Shown here one piece after another: positions 50,288-59,220 of a stretch of 64,000 nt of DNA. The notes under the pieces were generated by a model that saw nothing but the letters and a program-made list of their open reading frames with translations, was not told where the DNA came from and searched no databases. Both the position numbers and the translations under genes were made by a program. Origin of the DNA: Candidatus Omnitrophota bacterium (GTDB lineage: Bacteria > Omnitrophota > Gorgyraeia > Zapsychrales > JANLHA01); contig JANPFV010000082.1 in NCBI GenBank assembly GCA_031423615.1, positions 4,208 to 68,207 on the forward strand, in the 5' to 3' direction. Each line of letters opens with the position of its first letter. Position 1 is the first letter of the stretch.

Positions 50288-51402
50288 TAAATTAAAACGC
50301 TACTTTCACATTTGATCGGCTGTTCGATAATCGCTCCCCCCAAAACAACATCGCCATCATAAAACACAATCGATTGTCCCGGTGTTACCGACTTTTGCGG
50401 CTCGATGAAATCAACACGAACACGGTCGTCGCCTAAATGTGTCAGTTTAGCTTTAACGACAAAAGCATTGTAACGGATACGTGCCTCGACCTCGATCGGG
50501 GTGGGCGGGATTTCCATGCTCACGGGATTAAATTCTTTTGCCAGCAATCCCGCAGAATACAACTCCGCGACATCACCGACGTAAACAGTGTTGGTATCTT
50601 TTTCAATTTTATAAACATAAACGGGATGACCTAAAGCGATCCCCAACTTGTCGCGCTGACCGATGGTATAATTCAAAATGCCCTTATGCTCGCCGACAAC
50701 CTCTCCGGCGCGATTCTTAAACGGACCCGGTATAAAAACGTGGTCTCCCACACGCCGACGAATAAATTCCTTGTAACCGGCATCCGGAACAAAACAGATG
50801 TCCTGACTTTCCGCCTTATCCGCCGTATTCAATTGATACTTACGGGCCAGATCACGCACTTGAGCCTTAGTCAAATCGCCCAGCGGGAATAACACTTTAG
50901 GCAAAGTGTCTTTACCCATGCTGTATAAAAAATAGCTTTGATCTTTGCGTTCATCGGCCGCTTTACGCAAACGGTAACGCCCGTCGCAATAATCAATCTT
51001 GCCGTAATGACCGGTCGCTAAATAATCCGCGCCTAAGGCCATGACTTTCTTATACAGCGATCCAAATTTCAAATGCTGATTACAGCGCACGCAGGGATTG
51101 GGAGTGCGTCCGTTTAAATATTCATTGGTAAAGTCTTCGATAATAAAATCATTGATGTCGGCGGCAAAGTCCAGAACATAATGGGGAATGTCGAGAATCT
51201 GCGCGGCCCGCCTCGCATCCTGGATCCCGTCGACACCGCAGCAAGACGGTTTTTTGCTGTCGGGATGAGAAATACTAAAACACATGGTGACCCCCACAAC
51301 CTCGTGACCGGCGTCTTTCATCAAACCGGCAACGACAGAAGAGTCAACTCCGCCGCTCATCGCGACAAAAACTTTCCGGCGATCTTGATTTTGTGTCATC
51401 AT
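50287..51402 (-). CDS. mnmA: tRNA 2-thiouridylase MnmA
   Basis: AMSGGVDS, TPNPCVRCN, ATGHY, KDQSYFL, ESQDICF, TIGQR, TPGQ. Confidence 0.96.
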   Translation of the reverse strand: MMTQNQDRRKVFVAMSGGVDSSVVAGLMKDAGHEVVGVTMCFSISHPDSKKPSCCGVDGIQDARRAAQILDIPHYVLDFAADINDFIIEDFTNEYLNGRTPNPCVRCNQHLKFGSLYKKVMALGADYLATGHYGKIDYCDGRYRLRKAADERKDQSYFLYSMGKDTLPKVLFPLGDLTKAQVRDLARKYQLNTADKAESQDICFVPDAGYKEFIRRRVGDHVFIPGPFKNRAGEVVGEHKGILNYTIGQRDKLGIALGHPVYVYKIEKDTNTVYVGDVAELYSAGLLAKEFNPVSMEIPPTPIEVEARIRYNAFVVKAKLTHLGDDRVRVDFIEPQKSVTPGQSIVFYDGDVVLGGAIIEQPIKCESSVLI

Positions 51403-51465
51403 GGCATTTGTAAAGAGTCGTTGCGGCCGTCTCTCCCCTCGGAAAAGATTGCCGTACCGGCTCTT

Positions 51466-53619
51466 TTATATTTTAGTTAGACCTTGTCGGATCGCCCCTT
51501 GGGTCACTTGCAAAAGATAATCCAGTTCACGTTTTGAAATGGACAAGGGCGGCATCAACACAATCACATTCCCTAGGGGCCGCAAAATAACCCCGCGACG
51601 ACGCGCCTGTTCGCAAACCTTGATTCCGGCCTTATCTTCCCAGGCAAAAGGTTCCCGGGTGGCTTTGTCCTTGACCAGTTCAATACCGGCCATAAATCCC
51701 TTGTGCCGGACATGTCCGACGTGAGGTAAATTATAAAACATTTTTAACTTTTCGCTTAAAATATTTATCTTGGAATGCAAACGCGCCAAGGTATGTTCCT
51801 TGGCAAAAATTTCTAAATTAGCCAGCGCGGCGGCACAGGCCAAGGGATTTCCGGAATACGTATGACCGTGAAAAAATGTTTTCTGGTCCTTATACTCAAA
51901 GACAAAACCGTCAAAAACTTTTTTCGTGACCAAGGTCGCGGCCAACGGCAAATAACCTCCGCTTAACCCTTTGGCCAGACACAAGAAATCCGGCGTGACA
52001 TTGTCGTGTTCACAGGCAAACATTTTTCCCGTCCGGCCAAAACCCGTCGCCACTTCATCAGCAATGAGTAGAACCTCATGCTTTTCACAAAGCTCTTTGA
52101 TCTGCTTTAAAAGGCCGTCCGGCCAGACAATCATTCCCGCCGCTCCCTGCACCACAGGTTCGACAATCAAGACCGCTATTTCTTTAGCCGACTGATGAAA
52201 GAGGGCTTCCAGTTTCTGAAAAGCGTGATCAAAGTTCTGGTCGCGATAACCATCAGGAAAGTCAATTTGTACCGTCGGAAACGTTAAATCTTCATACACT
52301 TTATGAAAAAGGCCGATCCCTCCTACGCTCACACTTCCCAACGTATCGCCATGGTAAGAATTCGCCAGATGAACAATTTTTATTTTTTCCGGACGGCCGG
52401 TATTTTGCCAATATTGATACGCCATCTTAAGGGCGATCTCAACAGCTGTCGATCCATTATCGGAATAAAAAACTTTTTTTAGACCTCGAGGTGCGATCGT
52501 CACCAATTTCTTGGCCAATTCTATAGCCGGAACATGAGAAAGTCCCAGCAATGTCGAATGGTCCAAATGATTCAGCTGATCTTTGATCGCCGCATTAATG
52601 GCAGGATGATTATGGCCATGGACCGTGACCCAGAGGCTAGAAATTCCGTCGAGATAACGCCGTCCTTGCGTATCAATCAAATGGCATCCTTCGGCTCGGT
52701 CAATCACCACGGGGTCCGAGTCCAGCCAATCTTTCATTTGCGTGAAAGGGTGCCAAAGAAAATTCTTGTCGTCATTAACAAGGGAGCTCGTTTTTGTCGA
52801 GTCGGCATAAACCAAAAAGGGGTTGAGGTCTATCTTATCTTTACAAATCTTAAGAATGGCCGCGCAGGAAAGATCCTCACAAAAGGGGATGATTCCTAGC
52901 CCGGGGACCTTGCTAAAATGTTTGATCGCTGCGGGATTGGTTTTTTCGGGCACACCGGGAATTTTCTTTTCACTTTCTGAAAAAATAATACCGGCGACAG
53001 GGATACCCCGGTCGCGGGCTTTGTCAATCGTCAACAGCGTGTGATTGATCGTCCCCAGGCCCAAACGGCTGACAATCACCACCTCGATGCCCATGTCCTT
53101 GATCAGATCCGCAAGCAAATAATCTTCCCGTACCGGCACCATCAATCCGCCCGCACCCTCGACGAGCAAAACATCATGACGCCGCCGCAGTTTTTGAAAA
53201 ATAGAAATTATTTTTTCGCGATGGATCTGTATTTTTTGGCGTTTAAAAGCCACGTGCGGAGAAAAAGGTTCCTTGGCGCAGTAAGGATTTATCTCGGCCA
53301 AGGGGTCGGTGCTCTGCAAGAATTCCTTTAAAACTTTCGCATCATCGCCCCCGCATTGAATCGGTTTCATCACACCGACATCCAAACCTTTGTCTTTAAG
53401 AAGCGTGGCCAGGACCTTGATCGCCGTGGTTTTCCCCACACCCGTATCCGTTGCGGAAATAAAAAACGCCCGTCCCTGTTTTGGTTTTCCTCCTTTGAGA
53501 GGACGCCCGGCGATTTCAGGAACTTTTCGCGGTTTTTCCGCGGGCTTTTCTATTTCCTCATCGATTTCATCAAGGCAATCTAAAGGACTGATCGCATCTT
53601 CATCTTGTTTTCTTTTCAT
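51466..53619 (-). CDS. Bifunctional dethiobiotin synthetase / DAPA aminotransferase (BioD-BioA fusion)
   Basis: TDTGVGKT, VEGAGG, LGTINHT, then LWHPFTQM, DEVATGFGRTG, HGHTYSGNP in one frame. Confidence 0.93.
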   Translation of the reverse strand: MKRKQDEDAISPLDCLDEIDEEIEKPAEKPRKVPEIAGRPLKGGKPKQGRAFFISATDTGVGKTTAIKVLATLLKDKGLDVGVMKPIQCGGDDAKVLKEFLQSTDPLAEINPYCAKEPFSPHVAFKRQKIQIHREKIISIFQKLRRRHDVLLVEGAGGLMVPVREDYLLADLIKDMGIEVVIVSRLGLGTINHTLLTIDKARDRGIPVAGIIFSESEKKIPGVPEKTNPAAIKHFSKVPGLGIIPFCEDLSCAAILKICKDKIDLNPFLVYADSTKTSSLVNDDKNFLWHPFTQMKDWLDSDPVVIDRAEGCHLIDTQGRRYLDGISSLWVTVHGHNHPAINAAIKDQLNHLDHSTLLGLSHVPAIELAKKLVTIAPRGLKKVFYSDNGSTAVEIALKMAYQYWQNTGRPEKIKIVHLANSYHGDTLGSVSVGGIGLFHKVYEDLTFPTVQIDFPDGYRDQNFDHAFQKLEALFHQSAKEIAVLIVEPVVQGAAGMIVWPDGLLKQIKELCEKHEVLLIADEVATGFGRTGKMFACEHDNVTPDFLCLAKGLSGGYLPLAATLVTKKVFDGFVFEYKDQKTFFHGHTYSGNPLACAAALANLEIFAKEHTLARLHSKINILSEKLKMFYNLPHVGHVRHKGFMAGIELVKDKATREPFAWEDKAGIKVCEQARRRGVILRPLGNVIVLMPPLSISKRELDYLLQVTQGAIRQGLTKI

Positions 53620-54401
53620 TTTCTCCCCTTTATCCAAATCACTTCAAAAGAAGCGGCCACTCCCCAACGGCCTTTAAAATTTTTTTCATAATATTCAGAA
53701 ACTTTCGCTAAATATCGCGGGCCAATATAAAAATGAAGGTTTGTCCGGTTTGCCCCAATCAATTTCAGCCAGGTCAGTAAACTGTACAGGTCATCAAAAT
53801 GGGTTTTCGTGATCTCCGACGCGACGACGATGTCCCTGAATCCCGCCGCCGTCAAAGCCTCCTGGATTAGGGCTGAATCAGGGAGTTTCTGCAATTTTCC
53901 GGCGCCACCGTTTTGGCCGGAAATTTTTTCTAACGAAGTAAAAAGTTCTCCTAATGTCCTTTGGCCAAATAAAGTCGCGCGAAATTTTCCGTTCTTTTTA
54001 AGGACCCGTCGAGATTCTGCAAAAGCTTTCGGCAAATCTTTGACCCATTGATAGGCGAGATTGGAAAAAACCGCGCCATAACTTTCATCCGAAAAAGGCA
54101 AGGCCGATGCGTCCGCCTGCACAACGGCGAACGATTCATACTTTTTCTTGGCCTCTTCAACCATGCCGTCGGCAAAATCCACACCGACAACCTGAGCGCC
54201 GGGGCAAAGATGACTCATCCTGTTTGTCAATTTCCCTGTCCCCATGCCGACATCAAGAATCCGTTCGCACGTTTCGTCCCATTCCAATGTCTTAATCAGT
54301 TCACGGCCTATCTCATATTGCATCCCGGATAAGACTTCGTAATGAGCGGCGGAATTGGAAAAGGCCTGACGGATATGTTGGTTGAACTGTTTTAAAATCA
54401 T
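53616..54401 (-). CDS. bioC: Malonyl-ACP O-methyltransferase BioC
   Basis: ILDVGMGTG, SNLAYQW, LKLIGA; bio operon context. Confidence 0.88.
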   Translation of the reverse strand: MILKQFNQHIRQAFSNSAAHYEVLSGMQYEIGRELIKTLEWDETCERILDVGMGTGKLTNRMSHLCPGAQVVGVDFADGMVEEAKKKYESFAVVQADASALPFSDESYGAVFSNLAYQWVKDLPKAFAESRRVLKKNGKFRATLFGQRTLGELFTSLEKISGQNGGAGKLQKLPDSALIQEALTAAGFRDIVVASEITKTHFDDLYSLLTWLKLIGANRTNLHFYIGPRYLAKVSEYYEKNFKGRWGVAASFEVIWIKGRK

Positions 54402-55306
54402 ACTTCTTCCACCCCGGGTCCGGGTGGCGCGGAGGGGAGTCCTCTGCCCGACGAGCCAGACTTTAGCTGGCGAGGCGGGTAGAGTCCCGCAGCGACAGGA
54501 CCCGGAACAATTTCAATAAATTTTTCTACCGCAGCATTGAATGCATGCGGCTGGCTTAGAAACGGAAAGTGTCCGCATTTTTCAAACCAAACGAATTGCG
54601 CCGACGGTATTTTATCGCCTAAGTTTTCATAGAATTCCCGCTGACAAATGTAATCTTCCGTGCCGTTGGCAAATAAAACCGGCAGGGTCAATTTGGAAAA
54701 CGCATCGCGTAAATCGGCGCATTCTAAAATTTCCAAGAAATTAATAAGGGCCTCTTTCTGCGGAACGCTATCGGTTTTCTTAAATCTCTGTATCCACCGA
54801 AACCGTCGTGTTTCGCGTTCTTGCCGGGTAAATAATGAGCGAAAAAAAATATCCACTATCGAAGGATAATCCCTTCGCAATTGTCCCGCCAATTTGCGAA
54901 TGCGCTCTGGGGCCAGCCCAAAAGGATAATCCTCAGAACGGCAAAACTTCGGTTGCGAACCGGCGCAAACAATAAACTTGATGCGTTCACGGCGTAATTC
55001 TAAAAGTTTTAAAGCCACCAAACCACCGAACGAACTGGCGATAAGACCCATTTCTTCACAATTGAGATCAGCCAATAGAAAGTCCACATCTTGTGCGATG
55101 CTTTTTAAGTCGACCTTTTGCCAATCCGTTTTTCCGTGTCCCGGCAGATCGAGAGCGATGACCCGATGTTGAGAAGAAAAGTATTTGAACTGTTGTCGCC
55201 AAATACGGCTGTTGACGCCGAAGCCGTGCAAAAAAAGCAAGGTTGAGCCCTGGCCAGCGATTTCATAATGCCAGTTCAATCCTCGCGGTGTTTTTAAATA
55301 AGGCAT
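54398..55306 (-). CDS. bioH: Pimeloyl-ACP methyl ester esterase (BioH-like alpha/beta hydrolase)
   Basis: LHGFG, DLPGHG, ASSFGG nucleophile elbow, GHFPF; C-terminal extension derived from a repeat. Confidence 0.82.
   Translation of the reverse strand: MPYLKTPRGLNWHYEIAGQGSTLLFLHGFGVNSRIWRQQFKYFSSQHRVIALDLPGHGKTDWQKVDLKSIAQDVDFLLADLNCEEMGLIASSFGGLVALKLLELRRERIKFIVCAGSQPKFCRSEDYPFGLAPERIRKLAGQLRRDYPSIVDIFFRSLFTRQERETRRFRWIQRFKKTDSVPQKEALINFLEILECADLRDAFSKLTLPVLFANGTEDYICQREFYENLGDKIPSAQFVWFEKCGHFPFLSQPHAFNAAVEKFIEIVPGPVAAGLYPPRQLKSGSSGRGLPSAPPGPGVEEV
54414..54505 (+). repeat. Dispersed hairpin repeat, full copy inside the bioH 3' end
   Basis: CCGGGTCC...GGACCCGG outer stem, CTCTGCCCG/CGGGTAGAG and GCCAG/CTGGC inner stems. 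Confidence 0.85.
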
Positions 55307-56466
55307 AACTCTTTCCCAATTTTTTTAAAGAGACTCAGCAGAATGTCTAAATCTTCTTGAGTGTGTGTCGCCATGAGGGTTACGCGTAACCGGGCGGTAT
55401 GGGCTGGCACCGTCGGAGGACGGATCGCGGAAACAAGCAATCCCGCCGCAAAAAGTTTTTCAGAAAAACGGACACTCTTATGACTGTCCTTGACTAAGAT
55501 GGGAATGATAGGTGTTTGCGTATGGAGAGTATCAAACCCTAAATCCTTAAGACCTTTCAAAATAAAATGCGTATGATCCCACAGTTTTTTCCGACGGGCC
55601 GGTTCATTTTCAATAATTTCCAGGCCTTTTAAGGAGGCGGCCGCAACAGACGGCGGCAGACCGGTTGTATAAATAAAACTACGCGCCTTATTGATCAAAA
55701 AATTAATCAGCTCTTGAGATCCGCAGACATACGCGCCAAAACTTCCGGCGGCCTTTGAAAATGTTCCCATTTGAATATCAATTTGGCCTTCCAGTCCAAA
55801 ATGCTCGACGCTGCCTTTCCCATTCTTCCCCAAAACCCCCAAACCATGCGCTTCATCAATCATAACGGTACAGTTATACTTCTTTGCCAATAACACAATC
55901 TCAGGTAAAGGCGCAATATCGCCATCCATGCTAAAAACGCTGTCCGTAACGATCAATTTCTTTACGGCTGGCGGTGCGACTTTGAGCATAGCTTCCAAGG
56001 ACTCGGTGTCCGCGTGAGCATAACGTTTATATTCCGCTTGGCTTAACAAAATTCCGTCGATGATTGAGGCGTGATTCAATTTGTCGCTGAAAATCATGTC
56101 GCCCCGGCCGAACAAAGAAGAAATAATTCCGACATTGGCCATATATCCCGTGCTAAAAAGCAAACACCGCGCTGTCCCTTTAAACTGCGCCATCTTTTCT
56201 TCCAGACGGGTATGGCTTGATAAATTGCCGCATACCAAACGGGATGCGCCGGAACCGAAACCTTCCTCATGAAGACTTCTTACCACCGCTTCACCCAGCC
56301 GCATGTCATCCGCCAGTCCCAAATAATTATTGGAACAAAAATTGATAAGTTTCCGTCCCCCGATTGTAATCTCGCGGCCCTGACTACTTTCGAGCGTACG
56401 GATTTCTCGGCGCAGACCTTTATCCGACAATTGGGAAAGGGTGTGATTTAAAAATGTTTCCATCAT
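55294..56466 (-). CDS. bioF: 8-amino-7-oxononanoate synthase
   Basis: SNNYLGL, GSGASRL, NHASIIDG, DEAH, GTFSKA, IRPPTVP. Confidence 0.96.
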   Translation of the reverse strand: MMETFLNHTLSQLSDKGLRREIRTLESSQGREITIGGRKLINFCSNNYLGLADDMRLGEAVVRSLHEEGFGSGASRLVCGNLSSHTRLEEKMAQFKGTARCLLFSTGYMANVGIISSLFGRGDMIFSDKLNHASIIDGILLSQAEYKRYAHADTESLEAMLKVAPPAVKKLIVTDSVFSMDGDIAPLPEIVLLAKKYNCTVMIDEAHGLGVLGKNGKGSVEHFGLEGQIDIQMGTFSKAAGSFGAYVCGSQELINFLINKARSFIYTTGLPPSVAAASLKGLEIIENEPARRKKLWDHTHFILKGLKDLGFDTLHTQTPIIPILVKDSHKSVRFSEKLFAAGLLVSAIRPPTVPAHTARLRVTLMATHTQEDLDILLSLFKKIGKELCLI

Positions 56467-57434
56467 AGGTTTACTTTTGAGCTTAAATGCACAGCCTCTC
56501 CGGAATGTTTTTTGACCACTTCGCCCGAATCTTTGCGCAAAAGCAAACTCCCGTCGAAAGCCAGATCAAAAGCCAAGCCCTCGATCTCTCCCAGCGGTTC
56601 TACAAATTTAACTCTTTGTCCCAGTGTCCACGATAAATCTTTCCACCGGCCGCTGACCGAAGAGAAGCCTTTCTTTTCAAAAATCTCCAGCCAGGTTTCA
56701 AAAGAACGGAGGATTTCCTGCAAAATACTGAGTCGCGAAAAATCCTTTTGGCCTTGAATTTTTAAAGATGTCGCCTCAACCGGTAATTGCGATATCAAGG
56801 TGTTGACATTGATGCCAAACCCGACGACGACAAAACGGACGCGGTCCATTTCTGCATTCAATTCGGTAAGAATGCCCGCAACTTTTTTCCCGGAAATTAA
56901 AATATCATTAGGCCATTTGATACGGGCCTCTAATCCGGATACGGTACGGATAGCTTCACAAATGGCGACTGCCGACACCAGGGTCAATTGCGCCACTTCA
57001 TTCAGCGGGGTCAGCGGTCTTAAAAGCAACGAAGCGTAAATTCCTTTGCCGGGCGGGGAAACCCATTCCCGGCCCAAACGGCCCCGGCCTTTGGTTTGCG
57101 ATTCCGCACAAACTACCGTTCCCTCTTTGGCCCCGGCAATTCCCAGCCGGACCGCTTCATCCATGGTAGAAGACATCGTTTCTTTATAAATAATATTGTG
57201 ACCGAGGATTTTCGTGCCCAAATTGAATTTGATTTCCCAGGGAAGCAATTTGTCGGGAGAAGTGCGAATACGGTATCCCCGACGGGAAATGGCCTCGATG
57301 TCATATCCTTGACGGCGGAAATCTTCAATATATTTCCAAATGCCTGCGCGACTGATCTTTAAAGCGCGGCTGATTTCTTCCCCGGAAAGATAACCCGGAC
57401 AATTCTTTAAAGAATGAATGATCTGTTCTTGCAT
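56463..57434 (-). CDS. birA: Bifunctional biotin ligase/repressor BirA (with HTH)
   Basis: SGEEIS...ISRAGIWK HTH, QTKGRGRLGR, KWPND, KVAGIL. Confidence 0.96.
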   Translation of the reverse strand: MQEQIIHSLKNCPGYLSGEEISRALKISRAGIWKYIEDFRRQGYDIEAISRRGYRIRTSPDKLLPWEIKFNLGTKILGHNIIYKETMSSTMDEAVRLGIAGAKEGTVVCAESQTKGRGRLGREWVSPPGKGIYASLLLRPLTPLNEVAQLTLVSAVAICEAIRTVSGLEARIKWPNDILISGKKVAGILTELNAEMDRVRFVVVGFGINVNTLISQLPVEATSLKIQGQKDFSRLSILQEILRSFETWLEIFEKKGFSSVSGRWKDLSWTLGQRVKFVEPLGEIEGLAFDLAFDGSLLLRKDSGEVVKKHSGEAVHLSSKVNL

Positions 57435-57441
57435 AGCGATT

Positions 57442-58581
57442 TTATTTTCTCAACTCACGTACAGCTTGAGGCAATTTTTCAATTAAATAATCTATCTGTG
57501 TTTTTGTAGTCGTGCGGCCCAGAGAAATACGTAAAGCTCCTCGTGCCCATTCATCTGACAAACCGATCGCTTTTAAAACATGGGAGGGCTCCATAGCGCC
57601 GGCCTTGCAGGCCGATCCCATAGACGCGGCCATACCGGCCATATCCAAACTCAACAAAAGCGCTTCTCCTTTAATTTTTTCAAAAGAAAAATGCACATTA
57701 TTCGGTAAACGATTGGTCCGGTGTCCATTCAACCGGCTTCCCTCTACCCGCTGTAAAATCTGATCAATCAAAAAATCTCTTAACGCGCGCTGGGATGATG
57801 ATTCCGCCGACATTTTGTCCTGACAAATCTGGACGGCTTTCGCTAAACCCACCGCTCCGGCGACATTCTGCGTTGAAGCGCGACGGCCATTTTCCTGATG
57901 ACCTCCTAAAAATTGACTGGCCAGTTTGATTCCCTTTCTTAAATACAAAGCGCCGATGCCTTTGGGACCATAAAATTTATGCGCCGACAGAGACATCATG
58001 TCCACCTTCATATTTTCAACATTCAACGGCAAGTGCCCCACAGTTTGTACGGCGTCGACATGAAAAAGAATATTTTTCTCGCGGGTGATTCTGCCGATTT
58101 CAGCAACCGGCTCAATGGTCCCGATTTCATTACTGGCGTGCATAATGGAAACCAAAATAGTTTTATCCGTCATTTCCTTATGCAAGGCGTCAAGCGAAAC
58201 ACAGCCTTTTTCATCCACGTCGATATAGGTGACGCGAAAGCCTTCCTTCTCTATATATTGGGCGGTTTCAAGAACCGAGGGATGCTCTATGCGCGATACA
58301 ATAATATGGTTGCCTGCTGGATTAAATCGCCGCGCTGTTCCGAGGAGGGCCAAATTATTTGCTTCTGTGCCGCCGGAGGTAAAAATGATTTCCTCCCGCT
58401 CGGCCCCCAAGAATTTTGCCAGGATATCGCGACTGTCTTCCAGCGCCTTTTGGGCTTCCAGACCAAAGCTGTGCGGGGAGGAAGCATTACCAAATTTTTG
58501 TGTAAAATATGGCATCATAGCGTGGCAGACCTGCGGGTCAGCGGGTGTCGTCGAGGCAAAATCAAAATAAATCTTTTCCAT
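57442..58581 (-). CDS. Cysteine desulfurase (NifS/IscS family)
   Basis: YFDFASTT, FTSGGTE, HVDAVQ, SAHKFYGPKG, SMGSAC. Confidence 0.95.
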   Translation of the reverse strand: MEKIYFDFASTTPADPQVCHAMMPYFTQKFGNASSPHSFGLEAQKALEDSRDILAKFLGAEREEIIFTSGGTEANNLALLGTARRFNPAGNHIIVSRIEHPSVLETAQYIEKEGFRVTYIDVDEKGCVSLDALHKEMTDKTILVSIMHASNEIGTIEPVAEIGRITREKNILFHVDAVQTVGHLPLNVENMKVDMMSLSAHKFYGPKGIGALYLRKGIKLASQFLGGHQENGRRASTQNVAGAVGLAKAVQICQDKMSAESSSQRALRDFLIDQILQRVEGSRLNGHRTNRLPNNVHFSFEKIKGEALLLSLDMAGMAASMGSACKAGAMEPSHVLKAIGLSDEWARGALRISLGRTTTKTQIDYLIEKLPQAVRELRK

Positions 58582-58623
58582 AGCTCTCCAAATTGAAGGG
58601 TATATTACTATTCCTCCCAGCCA

Positions 58624-58654
58624 TTGTCAACCATACATTCTTGGCGGTTTACAA
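58624..58654. promoter_or_regulatory. BirA operator (bioO-like) overlapping the -35 of the nifS-bio operon promoter
   Basis: TTGTCAAC-N15-GTTTACAA; minus-strand TTGACA(58630-58625)-17-TAATAT(58607-58602). Confidence 0.8.
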
Positions 58655-58680
58655 ATAGTTTCGGACGTTACCATAAAGAT

Positions 58681-58794
58681 GTTGTGCCGTCCTTCATACG
58701 ACGTCATCAACGCCACAGCCAAACGGCTGTGAGGCGTTGCGCCGTCGCAAAAACTCCGCCATCAACGCCACAGCCAAACGGCTGTGAGGCGTTG
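58681..58794. repeat. 55-bp-period tandem array of palindromic units
   Basis: Identical 35-mer CATCAACGCCACAGCCAAACGGCTGTGAGGCGTTG at 58705-58739 and 58760-58794. Confidence 0.9.
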
Positions 58795-58820
58795 ACAAAT
58801 AAAAATCCCAATGCTATATT
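58792..58820 (+). promoter_or_regulatory. tRNA operon promoter
   Basis: TTGACA-17-TATATT with extended TG. Confidence 0.75.
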
Positions 58821-58832
58821 GGGAAATCTTTT

Positions 58833-58879
<47 letters not shown>

Positions 58880-58905
<26 letters not shown>

Positions 58906-59048
58906 CTTGTTTCTCTAAGTAGAGCGTCCCGCTTAACACGCGGGAAGAACACGATTTCGACTTTCGTCAGCTTTACTTGTTTCTCTAAGTAGAGCGTCCC
59001 GCTTAACACGCGGGAAGAACACGTTCTCGACTTTCGTCAGCTCCACCA
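58880..59048 (+). repeat. 70-bp tandem repeats containing copies of the tRNA-Ala 3' end
   Basis: Units 58906-58975 and 58976-59045 near-identical; the last ends CAGCTCCACCA. Confidence 0.92.
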
Positions 59049-59104
59049 AGTTTTTTGTCGAAGACAAAATTTCTCCGAAGGGTCGCTGGTTTAGAATTTT
59101 TATT

Positions 59105-59188
59105 GCTGGAGTGGCGGAACTGGTATACGCGCTAGTCTCAAAAACTAGTCACTTCACGGTGGTGAGGGTTCGATTCCCTCCTCCAGCA
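59105..59188 (+). tRNA. tRNA-Leu(CAA), probable integration site
   Basis: GCTGGAG/CTCCAGC acceptor, CTAGT-CTCAAAA-ACTAG anticodon arm, long variable arm, GGTTCGATTCC. Confidence 0.95.
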
Positions 59189-59220
59189 TTTATTTATCTG
59201 CTTTACCCGTCGGTATTTCA

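Noticed and set aside
664-58596. Numerous plus-strand ORFs of 60-235 aa antisense to recognised genes
   Set aside because: Shadow ORFs of well-supported minus-strand genes, with no motifs or RBS support
58705-58794. CRISPR array
   Set aside because: Only two full repeats, a 20-bp spacer that is partly conserved, and no cas genes in the window
58906-59048. Functional tRNA-Val(AAC) genes
   Set aside because: No 5' acceptor strand, broken T-stems and non-canonical arm spacing
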